A DNA stretch of 64,000 nt from Scyliorhinus canicula (Eukaryota), in the NCBI RefSeq assembly GCF_902713615.1, contig NC_052158.1, positions 32,405,990 through 32,469,989 of the forward strand. The letters run 5' to 3'. Position 1 is the stretch's first letter. The number at the start of each line of letters is the position of its first letter. Both the position numbers and the translations under genes were made by a program. Below the pieces are notes generated by a model, which was given only the letters and a program-made list of their open reading frames with translations, was not told the origin of the DNA and searched no databases. This document shows, one piece after another, positions 62,321 through 64,000 of the stretch.

Positions 62321-63143
62321 TGTGGTGAATAAGATTCACACGGTATTATAATCTGTTCCAAGTATATATACATATCAATATTGTAAGTGCAATTGCACTA
62401 CCTGACCACCAGGGGGAGTAGCTCTGGGAGTACTCGAGAGTTTGTATTGGGCTATGACCTTGGCTCCGCCCAGAACTCCTCCCCCTGGAGCGGCTGTATA
62501 AAGATCCGTGCCACAGGGACAGCCAGCCAGTTCACTGAAAGTTCAACGGCTAACAGGCTGGCTCTGTTGTAAGTATATTAAAACCGGTATGCTAATCCGA
62601 CAAGCATGTGTCAGTAGAATTGATGGTTCCATCAATTTAATATACTTACGAAACAGTCAAAGTAAATCATGGAAGCAGCCATCGTACCCCAGCTCTCAAC
62701 ACCCACCCAGCCACCGCAAGAGGCTGGAACCCCGGTGCTCCGCAGATCGAAACAAACAATTTGTCCACCGGACAGACTAACTCTGTGAGCCACCACCCCT
62801 GCCGGACTCTATTTTTTTCAAAGGGGGTGAATGTGTTGAATAAGATTCACACGGTATTATAATCTGTTCCAAGTATATATATATGTATCAAAATTGTAAG
62901 TGCAGTTGCACTACCTGACTACCAGGGAGAGCTCTGGGAGTACTCGAGAGTTTGAGAGGGCTCCCTCCTTAGCTCCGCCCAGAACTCCTCCCCCTGGAGC
63001 TGCTGTATAAAGATCCGTGCCACAGGGTCAGCCAGCCAGTTCACCGAAAGTTCAACGGCTAACAGGCTGGCTCTGTTGTAAGTATATTAAAAGCGCTATT
63101 CTAATCCTACAAGCACGTGTCAGTAGAATTGATGGTTCCATCA
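62321..63143 (+). mobile_element. Miniature non-autonomous LTR element (TRIM-like or internally deleted Gypsy)
   Basis: LTRs 62321-62634 and 62832-63143 (TG...CA), 197-bp interior with a gag-like start and PPT AAGGGGGTGAA, perfect 5-bp TSD TACTG. Confidence 0.9.
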
Positions 63144-63504
63144 TACTGTACAAAGGAGAAATAGAGGGCAAAATGAGGGGAAAACTCATTGTGACTTAGG
63201 GCTGTGAGACACAGGTGGTCAAATAAAGTATTGGTTCCAGGAAAACTTGTAAAGTCTGTTTCTTACCTGGAAAATTTATATAAAAGAGGCAGGAGATGCA
63301 GTCCCGTTCCTCATTGACATTGTATCAGAGACAAACACTGTATTAATCTCACACTCAACCATACTTAATCCTCCCTTGCCTGATGTAATCTCTGCAGATT
63401 TGAGACAGAAATGTTTTTAGAAATGAATGGCTTTGTGTAATTGTATTTCTAAGACCAGGGTCCATTTCTTTATATATTAATACAGATGAGATGAAGTGAG
63501 ACAG

Positions 63505-64000
63505 TCCTGTCTGTGAGCTCAGTGAATGCACATTGCACAATGTCTGTGTCTGTGAACTCTGCGAATGCACACTGCACAATGTCTGTGAGCTCGGTGAATA
63601 CACACTGCACAATGTCTGTGAAAGTGAGCGCGGTGAATGCACACTGCACAATGTCTGTGTCTGTGAACTCATTGAATGCACACTGCACAATGTCTGTGAG
63701 CTCGGTGAATGCACACTGCACAATGTCTATGAGCTCGGTGAATATATACCGCACAATGTCTATGTCTATGAGCTCGGTGAATACATACTGCACAATGTCT
63801 GTGAGTTTGGTGAATGCACACTGCACAATGTCTGTGAGCTTGGTGAATACACACTGCACGATGTCTGTGTCTGCGAGCTCGGTGAATACACACTGCACAA
63901 TGTCAGTGAGTTCCGTGAATGCACACTGCACAATGTCTGTGAGCTCGGTGAATGCACATTGCACAATGTCTGTGTCTTTGAGCTTGCTGAATGCACACTG
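63505..64000. repeat. 33/39-bp minisatellite (GAGCTCGGTGAATGCACACTGCACAATGTCTGT), running off the window
   Basis: Direct tandem repetition. Confidence 0.93.

Overview
Cartilaginous-fish (shark, probably catshark-like; inferred from the class I protein and the tRNA-derived SINE/CR1 content) genomic window holding two minus-strand MHC class I loci in a transposon-dense region. Locus 1 has an SXY promoter (17488-17553), leader (17312-17360), alpha1 (14418-14678) and alpha2 (13887-14159), then a 500-N gap, then a terminal exon near 12553. It lacks four of the eight peptide-anchoring residues, so it looks nonclassical. Locus 2 shows only its 3' half: TM (57798-57905), a 33-nt exon (50434-50466), a 48-nt exon with the stop (50126-50173) and a terminal exon from 47804. 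No alpha1-alpha3 exons were found upstream within the window. Between the loci lies a ~16.7-kb tandem array of about 127 near-identical 131-bp units (27930-44633). Each unit carries a consensus CTCF motif, an E-box and an octamer, and two inverted copies sit at 59.6-59.9 kb. The rest is two decayed Gypsy elements and a miniature LTR relative (all with a PBS complementary to their own LTR rather than a tRNA), a Penelope element with a minimal hammerhead ribozyme, CR1/L2-type LINE fragments, SINEs, MITE-like elements and six minisatellites. Exon and LTR coordinates were read base by base; repeat-fragment boundaries are approximate.
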